Part shown: piece after piece, positions 50,176 to 60,500 of the stretch
How the letters are laid out: every line of letters starts with the position of its first letter
How positions within the stretch are numbered: the first letter of the stretch is position 1
Origin: an uncultured bacterium
Lineage (GTDB): Bacteria; SAR324; NAC60-12
NCBI GenBank assembly: GCA_964010765.1
Contig: CAXGMD010000004.1
Location: 1-64,000, forward strand
DNA length: 64,000 bases
Direction: 5' to 3'
Notes under the pieces: generated by a model
Database searches by the model: none
The model's input: the letters and a program-made list of their open reading frames with translations, nothing else
What the model was told of the DNA's origin: nothing
Translations under genes and position numbers: made by a program

Positions 50176-51845
50176 ACAGACTTCTTCTTGGATTATGGTG
50201 GTTCTTGATGATCCCGTTTGTTGTCAATGGACAGCAAGTTTCTCTGCAGGCAACAGGGGAGGGACTAAGCTCTGAAGAGGCACAGCAAGCAGCACTCGCT
50301 GAACTATCCTTTAGAATAGCTGCTAATGTTGAAAGCCAGATTGATTCAGCTCAAGAACTTCGAAATGAAGAATTCAACCAAACTGCAAGCCAACGGCTGA
50401 GCGTCACTTCAGAATTACCTATCCTTGGTAGTGCGATTGAAATCACTGAAAAAGATGGATTCTACCTCGCTACTGCACGCCTTGACGCTGCTACCTCTCT
50501 GCCACTCTACGAACTCAAAATTGACGAACTAACTAAGGAATTAGACGATTCTTGGAAGATTGGAACAATTAGCGATCCAATTCGTGCGATCCCTAGCCTA
50601 AAAGCTGCTCTACCTGTTCTCGAAGAACTACAGTTGCTAAGACTGATTGCACGCTATCTGGGTGCAAAACTACCTCAACTTACAATAACTGTCACATCTA
50701 TTAATGATCGAATAAAGCAACTTCAACAAAATCCACAGACGATCGAAGTTGCAGTTCAGATATTGGCTGATCCATGGAAAAATCTTGAAAAGGTGTATGT
50801 CTATCCCCCAGTACTCCGAGGATCAGAGGAAATCACAGAGTTTGCCGCAGTCTTTCGCAGTCGTCTTGCCAGCCAACTCAAGGAAGTCAGTCGTCCTGCT
50901 CAGTCGAAATTTCTTCTCCGTGGTGACTACCTGATTACAGGCCGAGGGATAGACCTAACCTATCGGTTGCAGAATTGGAAAGGTGAAACTCTTGAGGCTG
51001 GTAGTGTCCAGTTAGCCCCTGCCGCGTACAATGGACTTGAAGTTAAGACATCGCCAAAGACTAATTCAAAGATAACTTCCACAACCTCTGTTGATCCAGA
51101 TTCTTCTCATGCTTCCCTGATAGACAAGCCATCCAAGCCAGAAGGTCCTTCCTCAAAACCCTCTTGGACGGATCCTGTGACCGGAATGGAATACCGCTTC
51201 ATTCTAGGGGGACAATTTGAGATGGGTGATATCTTCGGAGAAGGAAATCCTGATGAAAAATGGGTTCGAAATGTTGTGCTCGACTCCTATTGGGTCAGTA
51301 CGACAGAAGTAAATCAGCAAGCCTGGGAGGAAGTCATGGGGAAACCAGCCAGCCGAAATGCTTCATCAAGATACCCTGTGGAAGTAACTCTCTCAGAGGC
51401 TAATCGGTTCCTTAAAAAGTTAAATGAAATCAGCGCAGGTGAAGAATTTCGCTTGATTACAGAGGCTGAGTGGGAATACGCCTGCCGTGAAGGGGGAAGA
51501 AAAGTTCGCTTTGGGAACGGTAAAGATGAAATTTCCGAAACAGAATCTGCTTACTCCAAGGTGCCCATCCAAGTTGTGGGAAATTATGCACCAAATAGCT
51601 TTGGTTTGTTTGATTTCAGTGGAAATGTGTCAGAGTGGACAGCAGATAAATATCAAAAAAGTTATCGTGATCTGCCGGAGCTCAATCCGCTTTCCCAGAG
51701 TGGAAGAGGTAATGTGTTAAGGGGAGGTGGCATTGTCAATTTACTTCCAGGTGCCGAACCGAAGCACATTCGATGCAGTGCTCGCCAACAGTCCCGCAGC
51801 AGTCGGGATCGATTCGGTCTAAGAATTGTGCGGAAAAATTACTGA
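50172..51845 (+). CDS. Exported LPP20-like + FGE-sulfatase (SUMF1)-domain protein
   Basis: N-terminal 'G.G....A.Q.AL.ELS..I...V.S'. C-terminal F.MG, TEV, RLITEAEWEYACR.G, PNSFGLFD.SGNV.EW, RGGG, GLR. Confidence 0.8.
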   Translation: MNRLLLGLWWFLMIPFVVNGQQVSLQATGEGLSSEEAQQAALAELSFRIAANVESQIDSAQELRNEEFNQTASQRLSVTSELPILGSAIEITEKDGFYLATARLDAATSLPLYELKIDELTKELDDSWKIGTISDPIRAIPSLKAALPVLEELQLLRLIARYLGAKLPQLTITVTSINDRIKQLQQNPQTIEVAVQILADPWKNLEKVYVYPPVLRGSEEITEFAAVFRSRLASQLKEVSRPAQSKFLLRGDYLITGRGIDLTYRLQNWKGETLEAGSVQLAPAAYNGLEVKTSPKTNSKITSTTSVDPDSSHASLIDKPSKPEGPSSKPSWTDPVTGMEYRFILGGQFEMGDIFGEGNPDEKWVRNVVLDSYWVSTTEVNQQAWEEVMGKPASRNASSRYPVEVTLSEANRFLKKLNEISAGEEFRLITEAEWEYACREGGRKVRFGNGKDEISETESAYSKVPIQVVGNYAPNSFGLFDFSGNVSEWTADKYQKSYRDLPELNPLSQSGRGNVLRGGGIVNLLPGAEPKHIRCSARQQSRSSRDRFGLRIVRKNY

Positions 51846-51867
51846 CGATCAAAATTTTCTGAAAAAA

Positions 51868-52173
51868 ATGGCATTTCAATTTCACAGATATATGCGTACG
51901 CCGCATTCGGAAATCTATGGTATCTTCATTAGTGACCAAGTTGAAAAAGATCCAGTAGGAAGGGTAGATATTCATTACTCACTTTACGGTTTGGTCAATG
52001 GGTTAGTGGTGATGGAGCAAGCTTTGTCTGAAGCTGAGACAGAGGAACTAATTGCAAAAATCGATGATGAACTAGTGGAAATGACCACAATTGATGACGA
52101 GAATTTTGAAATAACGGTAGCCTTTGCCACTAAGGTTTTGACATTTGGCAAGGAAGAGATTGACGAGGAATAA
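51868..52173 (+). CDS. Small acidic hypothetical protein
   Basis: ORF from ATG 51868 (MAFQFHRYMRTPHSEIY...), in operon context. Confidence 0.7.
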   Translation: MAFQFHRYMRTPHSEIYGIFISDQVEKDPVGRVDIHYSLYGLVNGLVVMEQALSEAETEELIAKIDDELVEMTTIDDENFEITVAFATKVLTFGKEEIDEE

Positions 52174-52182
52174 TCGAAAGCT

Positions 52183-52370
52183 ATGGGATTTTCTTACAAA
52201 GTCCAGAAAGCTCATAAGAACGGTTTGAATGTTAGTACATCCAAAAATGGACTGAATGTAAGTTACACCTTGATGTGGGTTTTGGTAAGATTAATATCCC
52301 ATTGCTTGGAAAGCGTAAAAAATTGCGCTGGACCAACAAGGGAAGTGGGCTCTTTTCTCAATACCTCTGA
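52183..52370 (+). pseudogene. Frameshifted small basic protein (DUF4236-like)
   Basis: MGFSYK...NVSTSKNGLNVSYT continues after a frameshift near 52271 as DVGFGKINIPLLGKRKKLRWTNKGSGLFSQYL*. Confidence 0.5.
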
Positions 52371-52419
52371 ATTTTCTTGGTTTAATTTGTAACCAAGTCT
52401 CCTCTTATAACACCTCAAA

Positions 52420-54198
52420 ATGAGCATTCTAGTCAGCGTCCAAGGCTTGACCAAGTCATATGGATTACTGCCCCTTTTTCAGGAATTGAGCCTGGGTTTT
52501 AACACAAATGAAAAAGTTGGGCTAATCGGTCCAAATGGTTCGGGTAAGTCTACGCTTTTGAAGATTCTTGCAGGTATGGAAGAACCAGACGATGGAGTTC
52601 TTTCTAGAAATCGACAATGTGAGATTACCTATCTTGCACAAACGGAAGCCTTCTCGGATACAGCTACGGTTCAAGAATGTTTGGAAGAGAAAATTTCCCA
52701 GCATGTCAGTGCTTCAGAGCGACCTTTCAAAGTTCAAGAAACTTTAAGAACGCTTGGTATCCTTGATTCGCAAATCCCTGTTGGAGAACTATCTGGTGGT
52801 TGGCGAAAGCGTGTTGCGCTGGGCCAAGTATTAATCCAACAGCCAGATATGTTGCTGTTGGATGAACCAACAAATCATCTTGATCTGGAGGGAGTGCTTT
52901 GGCTGGAAGAGCTGCTAAGGCAGGCAACCTTCTCATTCGTCTTGGTGAGCCATGATAGAGAATTTCTACAGCATACGACGAACCAAACGATTGAACTGAA
53001 TAAGAGCTATCCCTTAGGTTTTCTAAGAATTGATGGTCCATACGAAATATTCCAGGACAGGAAAGAGGAATTCATTCGGAACCAGCAAGCCCAGCAAGAG
53101 ACGCTGGCCAATAAAATGCGCCGCGAGGACGAGTGGTTGAAAAGAGGCCCCAAAGCCAGAACTACTAAGGCTCGCTTCCGTGTTGAAAATGCGGAGGTGT
53201 TACGAAAAGAGTTGGATCAACTAAGGATGCTTAATTCTCAAAACCGCCAAGTAGGAGTCAACTTTGATGCATCTAATCGGAAAACTCGAAAATTAATAGA
53301 GTTACTTGATGTGACTTTTGGGTACCCAGCTAAGCCACTTTTTTCCAAATTGAGTCTAACACTGCAAGCTGGCGTTTGCTTGGGCGTACTTGGTCAAAAC
53401 GGTAGTGGGAAAAGCAGCCTTCTGAAGTTGATGAAGAAAGAAATTCAACCAGATCAGGGGGAAACGCGCTGGGCTGAAAATCTTAAGGTGGTGCACTTTG
53501 ATCAACATCGCGATCAACTGTCACTGAATCAGACACTCAAACAGGCCCTATCACCGGCTGGGGATACAGTCATCTATCAGGAACGTCCTATTCACGTGGC
53601 AGCCTGGGCAAGCCGGTTCCTCTTTCCGAAAGAAAAGCTGACTCTTCCCCTCAGTCAACTTTCGGGTGGTGAACGTGCCCGTGTTTTGATTGCCAACCTG
53701 ATGCTACAGCCAGCAGATGTTCTCCTACTTGACGAACCAACAAATGATTTAGACATCTCTACTTTAGAAGTTTTGGAAGAGAGTCTAATGAATTTTCCCG
53801 GAGCGATTTTGTTGATTACCCATGACAGGTATTTGATGGATCGGCTCAGCGACTACCTAATTTGTCTACAGGATGATGGAAGCGTTGATTTTTTTGCGGA
53901 TTATGCGCAGTGGCAATTGCACCAGAGAGGGAACTCCACAGGAACTGAACCTCAGAAAAAGATTCAACAAGGTGGTAAAAAGATTAGTTATGAAGACAGA
54001 AAAGAATGGCAAAGAATTGAAGGAAAAATCCAAAAAGCGGAGAGTGAGGTGGTCCAAATTGGAGCCCGGTTACACGCTCCAGAGAACCTAAACGATTTGG
54101 CAAAGCTACAGGAACTTTCTGATCAGTTAGTTGCAGCAGAAGGCAGAGTTCAGCAACTTTATGATCGATGGGCTGAGCTTGAGGAGTTGTTTGCTTAG
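52420..54198 (+). CDS. uup: ABC-F family ATPase (Uup-like)
   Basis: Two ABC domains (GPNGSGKS and LSGG; GQNGSGKS and LSGGE), LDEPTN twice, 'GPKARTTKA' linker, C-terminal coiled coil ending RW.ELE. Confidence 0.9.
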   Translation: MSILVSVQGLTKSYGLLPLFQELSLGFNTNEKVGLIGPNGSGKSTLLKILAGMEEPDDGVLSRNRQCEITYLAQTEAFSDTATVQECLEEKISQHVSASERPFKVQETLRTLGILDSQIPVGELSGGWRKRVALGQVLIQQPDMLLLDEPTNHLDLEGVLWLEELLRQATFSFVLVSHDREFLQHTTNQTIELNKSYPLGFLRIDGPYEIFQDRKEEFIRNQQAQQETLANKMRREDEWLKRGPKARTTKARFRVENAEVLRKELDQLRMLNSQNRQVGVNFDASNRKTRKLIELLDVTFGYPAKPLFSKLSLTLQAGVCLGVLGQNGSGKSSLLKLMKKEIQPDQGETRWAENLKVVHFDQHRDQLSLNQTLKQALSPAGDTVIYQERPIHVAAWASRFLFPKEKLTLPLSQLSGGERARVLIANLMLQPADVLLLDEPTNDLDISTLEVLEESLMNFPGAILLITHDRYLMDRLSDYLICLQDDGSVDFFADYAQWQLHQRGNSTGTEPQKKIQQGGKKISYEDRKEWQRIEGKIQKAESEVVQIGARLHAPENLNDLAKLQELSDQLVAAEGRVQQLYDRWAELEELFA

Positions 54199-55028
54199 GG
54201 CATTATTCACATTCAGAAAGGTTGAAATTGTTCAGATTACCTCATAATCCGATTGTACTAATCCGGAACCATAACTCTTGGTATGGAGGTGATTTAGGAT
54301 GATTTCTGGAAGCGTATGTGCGCCGTATAAACGGTTGAATATCAGCGAGTCGGCCTAAGAACTGACTCTCGGATTGTCGATATATCCGAAGCCCAGCGTG
54401 GTTAAGCACGGGTGGTAACACCCTCGAAGATTCCGAAAGGAAGTGCCGAACATAGCATCCACGTTAGAAGGTCTATGAACGCATCAAGGTAGTTCAGGTG
54501 TAGGTGCGGATCAGGGCTAGACAGATATGGTTAAAGTTATACTACTTGAACCCAAAGACCTAGATGGAACTCCAGTCCTTTCAACCAAAAAGAGCTTAAC
54601 GCTAGTGCGAAGATAGCGCCCTACGGTTGAAACTCTGCTGCAGGAGGAAGGAAATACGCCTTCCGACGGGACAGATCCACTTGAGACTGATCGACCAGCA
54701 GAGACACACTTCCATATCAAGTAGAACAGGTCTGAGTTGGGAACCTAAGTCTGTCGTATCTGAATTCAACTGGAAACACGGGATGGCCTGTAGCTGGTGA
54801 GAAGCGATTAAGTTCGTCTAACACCAGTATGGTCACGGAGTCTCAATAGTGCCCAACGTAGTCTTTGTAATGAGGGCTGCAGTCAGTACCCAATCTGACC
54901 TACCCACGACGTATAAGTCTAGTAGGTAACAAAAGACGAAAACGGTCAACCGTAAGGAAGACAAGTGGGAGAAGGGGGAAGTGAGACAGCGTTTTAACAT
55001 TACCAACCAATCAACATAAGGAGGACGG

Positions 55029-56939
55029 ATGTCCACCCAAAACCTTAGAAAGAGATTGGATGGTATAAGTAAGTGTTCGATCAATGGGGAAAGAGCCAGA
55101 GACTTATACAAGCTTCTGACAAATAAACCAAAGATCTGGGAACTGGCTTATGCCAACATCTCTTCTAATGATGGTGCAACCACCAAAGGAGTAGATGGGG
55201 TAACTGCTGATGGACACAGTGTGGAACGTAGTCAAGAGATTATGAACCAACTGCGAAATGGCACGTACCGTCCCAAGCCAACATGCAGGGTATACATTCC
55301 TAAGAGTAATGGTAAGCAAAGACCGCTTGGTATACCTACATTCACAGATAAACTGGTTCAAGAAGCCTGCAGAATTATTCTGGATGCCATCTACGAACCA
55401 GTATTTTCTAAGTTCTCATTTGGATTCCGCAAAGGAATCGGTACTCATGATGCCTTAATAAGCACACAGAAACGATTCCAAGGAACTAAATGGTTCATTG
55501 AGTTTGATATCAAAGGTTACTTCGACAACATCGATCACCATATACTGGTAAAGCTGTTGAAGAAGAAAAACGACGATGAGCGCTTCATTGCACTCATTGG
55601 GTGGATGCTCAAGGCAGGATATACAGAGGATTGGAAATTTAACAGAACCCATAGTGGTACGCCACAAGGAGGAGTTATCAGTCCTGTTCTCGCAAATATA
55701 TACCTACATGAACTGGATGTATTCATAACAGACCTTTGTCAACAGACCCACAAGGGAAAAGAGAGAAAAGTCTATAAAGAGTACAAAGAACTAGATAAAT
55801 CTAAACAACGGTTGCGCAGACATCTGAATCGAATGAGAGATGAAAATCTTGAAATCTATCCAGATAGCGAAAAGGGCCCACAGTCCTTTGATGCAGGCAA
55901 GACCAGGAAAGAACTAGTCAAAGAACTGGAAAAATTAACTGATGAAACACTGAGGACAAGGAGATCTGACCCACTCGATCAGAACTTCCGAAGACTTCAG
56001 TACACACGGTATGCTGACGACTTCTTGCTAGGCTTCATTGGAAGTAAAGCAGAAGCCGAAGTCATCATGAAAGGGATTAAAGAATTTCTCCAAAGAACAC
56101 TTTCGTTAGAATGTTCAGAAGAGAAAACTAAAATTTCCCATCATAGCAAAGGAGCATTATTCCTTGGATACCATCTAGTGAGTCAAACTCTGAAAGCAAA
56201 TGCCACCAGAGTTAAACGCCAGATGAAAGAAGGAACAATGATTAGGAGAAGAAGACGGGGTATTGGTAAGATTGAATTACTAATACCGCCATCAAAAGTT
56301 AAGGAATACATGGAGCGCAAGCGATATGGAAAACTTAACAATGGTAGCAACTGGGAAGCATTGCACCGTGCAGAGCTTCTGAATAACAGTGACTACGAAA
56401 TCCTTGCCCAATATAATGGGGAAATGAGGAATTTTGCGGAATTCTGCAAAATTGGCATCAACTTCCACCAAGGATTAGGATTTCTACACTACATTGTTCA
56501 AACAAGTCTTGTGAAGACACTTGCTGCCAAGCACAAGATTAGTCTAGCCCAAGTCTACAAACGTTATACAGACGGAAATGACAAACGTATAACGATAAAA
56601 GATGGCAAGTATCAGATACATTGGTTTAAGCTAAAAGATATTAATCGAATAGCAAAAGCCAAAACAGATGTAGACAAAGAGTACAACTCCTCAATACATT
56701 CTGGACGATCTAAAATTGTCGAAAGACTTAACGCTGAAGAATGTGAATACTGCGGGAAAACTGGAGGTTACTTTGAGGTTCGCCATGTCCGGAAAATGGC
56801 AGACATCAAAGAAGGTAAAGAGAAATGGGAGAAAGTAATGATTGCGAGAAATCGCAAGAAGATCGTTCTCTGCATCGAATGCCACGACCTGCTTCATGTA
56901 GGTAAACTTCCAGACTTTCGATGTAAAGCTAGCGCTTAA
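55029..56939 (+). CDS. ltrA: Intron-encoded reverse transcriptase/maturase with C-terminal HNH-type endonuclease domain
   Basis: T.GVDG, RVYIPK.NGK.RPLGIP...DKLVQ, GFR, WFIE.DIKGYFD.IDH, GTPQGGVISP.LANIYL, RYADD, X domain, CEYC...CIECHDLLH. Confidence 0.95.
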   Translation: MSTQNLRKRLDGISKCSINGERARDLYKLLTNKPKIWELAYANISSNDGATTKGVDGVTADGHSVERSQEIMNQLRNGTYRPKPTCRVYIPKSNGKQRPLGIPTFTDKLVQEACRIILDAIYEPVFSKFSFGFRKGIGTHDALISTQKRFQGTKWFIEFDIKGYFDNIDHHILVKLLKKKNDDERFIALIGWMLKAGYTEDWKFNRTHSGTPQGGVISPVLANIYLHELDVFITDLCQQTHKGKERKVYKEYKELDKSKQRLRRHLNRMRDENLEIYPDSEKGPQSFDAGKTRKELVKELEKLTDETLRTRRSDPLDQNFRRLQYTRYADDFLLGFIGSKAEAEVIMKGIKEFLQRTLSLECSEEKTKISHHSKGALFLGYHLVSQTLKANATRVKRQMKEGTMIRRRRRGIGKIELLIPPSKVKEYMERKRYGKLNNGSNWEALHRAELLNNSDYEILAQYNGEMRNFAEFCKIGINFHQGLGFLHYIVQTSLVKTLAAKHKISLAQVYKRYTDGNDKRITIKDGKYQIHWFKLKDINRIAKAKTDVDKEYNSSIHSGRSKIVERLNAEECEYCGKTGGYFEVRHVRKMADIKEGKEKWEKVMIARNRKKIVLCIECHDLLHVGKLPDFRCKASA

Positions 56940-56950
56940 TAAAACGTGGA

Positions 56951-56984
56951 GAGCCGTGTGCAGTGAAAGTTGCAAGCACGGTTC
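56951..56984 (+). ncRNA. Group II intron catalytic domain V
   Basis: GAGCCGTGT-GCAGT-GAAA-GTTGC-AA-GCACGGTTC: AGC triad, GNRA tetraloop and 2-nt bulge. Confidence 0.93.
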
Positions 56985-57525
56985 GGAGGGGGACTCACGG
57001 TACCCTCTTGACTATGTCAGGAGAATCACGGGGTCTACCCTACTTCCAAAGAGCGGTTTGCCAGCACCCAAGATGATTGGAATACTTGTTAGAGTAAGTT
57101 GTTTCACCAAACCGTACTCTAGAAACGATCTTGCTGCTTCTCCTCCATCCAAGTAGATACGCTGCCATCCTAATCTCTTTCAATAATCCAAAAGCTCGTG
57201 CGGAGTCAGTTTTGGTGCGAGCTCCGCCAAACCAGATACGGTAACTGGAAGAGATGTCAAAGTCCGACTCAATACCTGAACAGGTTTCCCTGAATAAGAC
57301 CATTTCTGAAAGCTGAGAACTTTCTCAAAGCTTTTTCGGCCCATGACCAAATCCATACGCTTGAAAAATTCTCCAAAGCCATAATCCTCATGAGGGTCAT
57401 CTGAATTAAATTTCTCCAGCCAATCGATCTCTCCATTATTGCGAGCAATGAAACCATCTAGGCTGATTGCCAAGAAGATGTAGATCTCCACTTCTGATCT
57501 TTTTTGTGTGTCCATTGAGGCAGCC

Positions 57526-60500
57526 ATGTTGTCGGAACTAGAAACCCAGTTACAAGATGTGATGTTGCGAGATCAGTTTCGATTTCGGCGACAGTTTGAA
57601 CAATTGAAGAGAGCAGAACGTCAGCAAAGACTCAATGAAGATGCGCTTCTGAAACTTGCGATCCGGATTGAACGATCAAGTGCACTCCGTGGTAAACGAG
57701 CGAGTCTTCATAGAATTCCTGAATATAACACAAGTCTCCCCATTCTTGATAACCGAGAGGAGATCATTAGTGCAATTCAAAAGTATCCTGTTTTAATTGT
57801 AGCTGGTGAGACAGGATCAGGTAAAACCACCCAATTGCCTAAGATGTGCCTGGAAGCAGGCTATGGCATAGCTGGCAAGATTGGCTGTACTCAACCTCGT
57901 AGAGTTGCTGCAATCTCCATTGCCCAGCAAATTGCTCGAGAGCTGCAATGTAACCTTGGTGAAGAAGTTGGTTACAAAATCCGCTTCTCTGATAAAACTA
58001 GCCCAAACACGCTTATTCAGCTTTTAACAGATGGGACATTATTAGCCGAAACACAGTCTGATCGGTTTTTGGAAAACTATGAGGTATTGATCATCGACGA
58101 AGCGCACGAGCGCTCTCTCAATATTGATTTCCTACTTGGTTACATTCGGAGGTTACAGCCGAAACGCAGCAATCTAAAGCTCATTATAACATCAGCTAGT
58201 ATTGATACTGGCAGATTCGCAGAGGCGTTCTCAGGCGCGCCAATTATCGAAGTTTCAGGCAGAAGTTATCCCGTTGAAATAGATTATCGCCCGATTGATC
58301 CCGAAGTTGAGAATCAAGGAGATTACACAGTTGAAGATGCCATGGTGGATACGATCAGGGAATTGTTAGAAACAACATATGATGGGGATATTTTAGCTTT
58401 TCTCGCAGGAGAAGGGGAGATTCGTGAGGTGTGTCAAAGAGTTGGACAGGATAATTCCACAGTTCTGATTCTTCCACTTTATGGTCGCTTGACCCAAGCA
58501 GAACAACATCGGATTTTTCAGAACACCAGCCAACGCAAGGTGATTGTCTCAACAAATCTTGCTGAAACATCCCTGACGATTCCTGGAATTCGGTATGTGA
58601 TTGATTCTGGGTTGGCACATATTAGCCGATACAGTCCGAAAAATCGGGTTCAGCGACTTCCAGTAGAGCCAATTGCACAGAGTTCTGCGCTTCAGCGAGC
58701 CGGTCGAGCCGGTCGAGTTGCACCAGGTGTATGTATTCGGCTCTATTCAGAAGAGTCTTTGCAGAACCGTCGAGAATACGTAGAGCCAGAAATTTTACGT
58801 TCCAATCTTGCTGGTGTGATTTTGCAAATGCTCTATTTGCGACTAGGGAATATCCGGGAATTCCCTTTCATTGATCCACCGGGCAGTCACGCAATTCGGG
58901 AGGGTGAAAAACTACTTCGTGAATTAGGTGCCGTCACTGATAACATGCAGCTTACACCACTGGGTAGAGAAATGGCTACTCTTCCTATTGAACCTCAAAC
59001 AGCCCGAATGTTACTTCAGGCCCATCAAGAGTCCGTCCTTAGTGAAATGCTTGTAATTGCAGCTGGTTTGTCAATTCAGGATCCAAGAGAGTTTCCAACT
59101 GAAGAAAAAGAGAAAGCTCGCCAGATGCACAGTAGTTTTGTTAGCAGAGAGTCAGACTACATTACTCTGTTAAGCATCTGGCGGGCTTATCAGGCGCAGT
59201 GGAATGAACTGAAGACCGAAAACAAGATGCGGAAGTTTTGCCGACAGAACTTTCTCTCATTTGTGCGAATGCGAGAGTGGAGAGACATCCATCACCAACT
59301 CAGTTCTATTTTGAAGGATTCTGGAAAGTATCCTCTAAAGTCTTTGCAAGCCTTGCCAGTTGTCGAAGCACAACTCGAAGAGTCGGACGATAGGGAAGTT
59401 CCGAAGTTTAGATTAAATCGTCCTACCAAAGAGGAAACGAAGCCCAAGTCAATTTTTGAGGTCGGAATCGACTATGATGCCATCCATCGAGCACTTCTCT
59501 CCGGTTATCTCAATTGCATAGCTAGGCAGAAAGACAAACAGCAATATTCTTCTATTGGAGGCAAGGAACTCTGGGTTTTTCCAGGTTCTGGGGTCTATAA
59601 ACGCTCTGGAAAGTGGATATTAGCTGGAGAGCAAGTTGAGACTTCACGTCTATACTCAAGAAAGATCGCCAATATCAAGGTTGATTGGTTAGAGCAAATT
59701 GGCGGTAAGCTTTGTAAGCGGCATTACTCAGAAGCACATTTTGATCCTGAAACAGGGATTGTTCAGGCCTGGGAAAGAGTAACTTTGTATGGCCTGACAA
59801 TCGTTGAAAAACGTAGAGTAAGTTACGGTCGAGTCAATCCAGCCGAAGCTACTGCAATCTTCGTAAGGGAAGCATTAATTGATGGCGGGTTGCGTCAATA
59901 CTATCCTTTTTTCAAGCACAACAATGAACTGCGTGAACTAGTTTTGAGTAAAGGGGCAAAGCTTCGTCGAGATTTTCGAGAAGAGGTAGATGCCATGCTA
60001 GAAGCTTTCTACCAGGAGCAAATCCATAATGTTGCGTCCTTCCATGATTTGAATCGCCTTCTGAAAACAAAAAGAAAATCAGGTCAGGGAGATTTTCTCT
60101 TTCTTGAGGAGAGTGAAATTACACCTTCAACACTGAAACCTCCTTCTAGTGAGCTATATCCAGACTTTTGGGAAGTCGGTGATCTCAAGATGCCCTTGCG
60201 ATATGTTTTTGCACCGACAAAGGAACCTGATGGTGTAACTTTGCAGTTACAAGATGCTTCTATTCCGCACCTACATGAATACGCCCTAGAGTGGTTGATT
60301 CCCGGAATTTGGGCTGAGAAAATCCAATTTTACTTAAGGGCTTTGCCCAAGTCTATCAGGAAAAGCTTTGTGCCACTTCCTGAAACCTCAGCAAAGTTAG
60401 CGTCCGAACTGAAACCATGTGATGAAAGTTTTTTGGTAAGTTTATGTCGACTGATTGAAAGGCGTTATCAGATTAAATTGAAACCTTCTCAATGGGCGGA

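Larger units (their letters stand above)
54318..57043 (+). mobile_element. Group IIA intron (ML-class-like), full length
   Basis: 5' GTGCG at 54318. DV at 56951-56984. DVI with bulged A at 57037 (position -7) and a ...CTAC end. EBS1 ATACGC (54654-54659) is complementary to the 5' exon end GCGTAT. Host frame is restored on excision. Confidence 0.93.
54232..57515 (-). pseudogene. Dihydrofolate-reductase / RibD C-terminal family gene interrupted by an antisense group II intron, with an in-frame TGA
   Basis: 5' part 57515-57044: AISLDGFIA..GEIDWL, VMGRKSFE, TGA at 57182-57180, then IYLDGG, IPIILGAGKPLFG. 3' part 54317-54232: NTLPEIILNHLHTKSYGSGLVQSDYEVI*. The two parts join in frame. Confidence 0.85.

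Noticed and set aside
55029..56939. RT as a retron, DGR or defence-associated RT
   Set aside because: It has the X/maturase and endonuclease domains and lies inside a complete group II intron RNA. No msr/msd, TR/VR pair or effector gene is seen.
57180..57182. TGA as selenocysteine or programmed read-through in the DHFR-like gene
   Set aside because: It is not at a recognisable catalytic Cys position, I could not identify a SECIS-like hairpin, the gene is already disrupted by the intron, and TGA is used as a normal stop throughout the window.
56956..57303. Tracked ORFs 56956..57156 and 57040..57303
   Set aside because: They overlap intron DV/DVI and the true DHFR-like frame, so they are off-frame artefacts.
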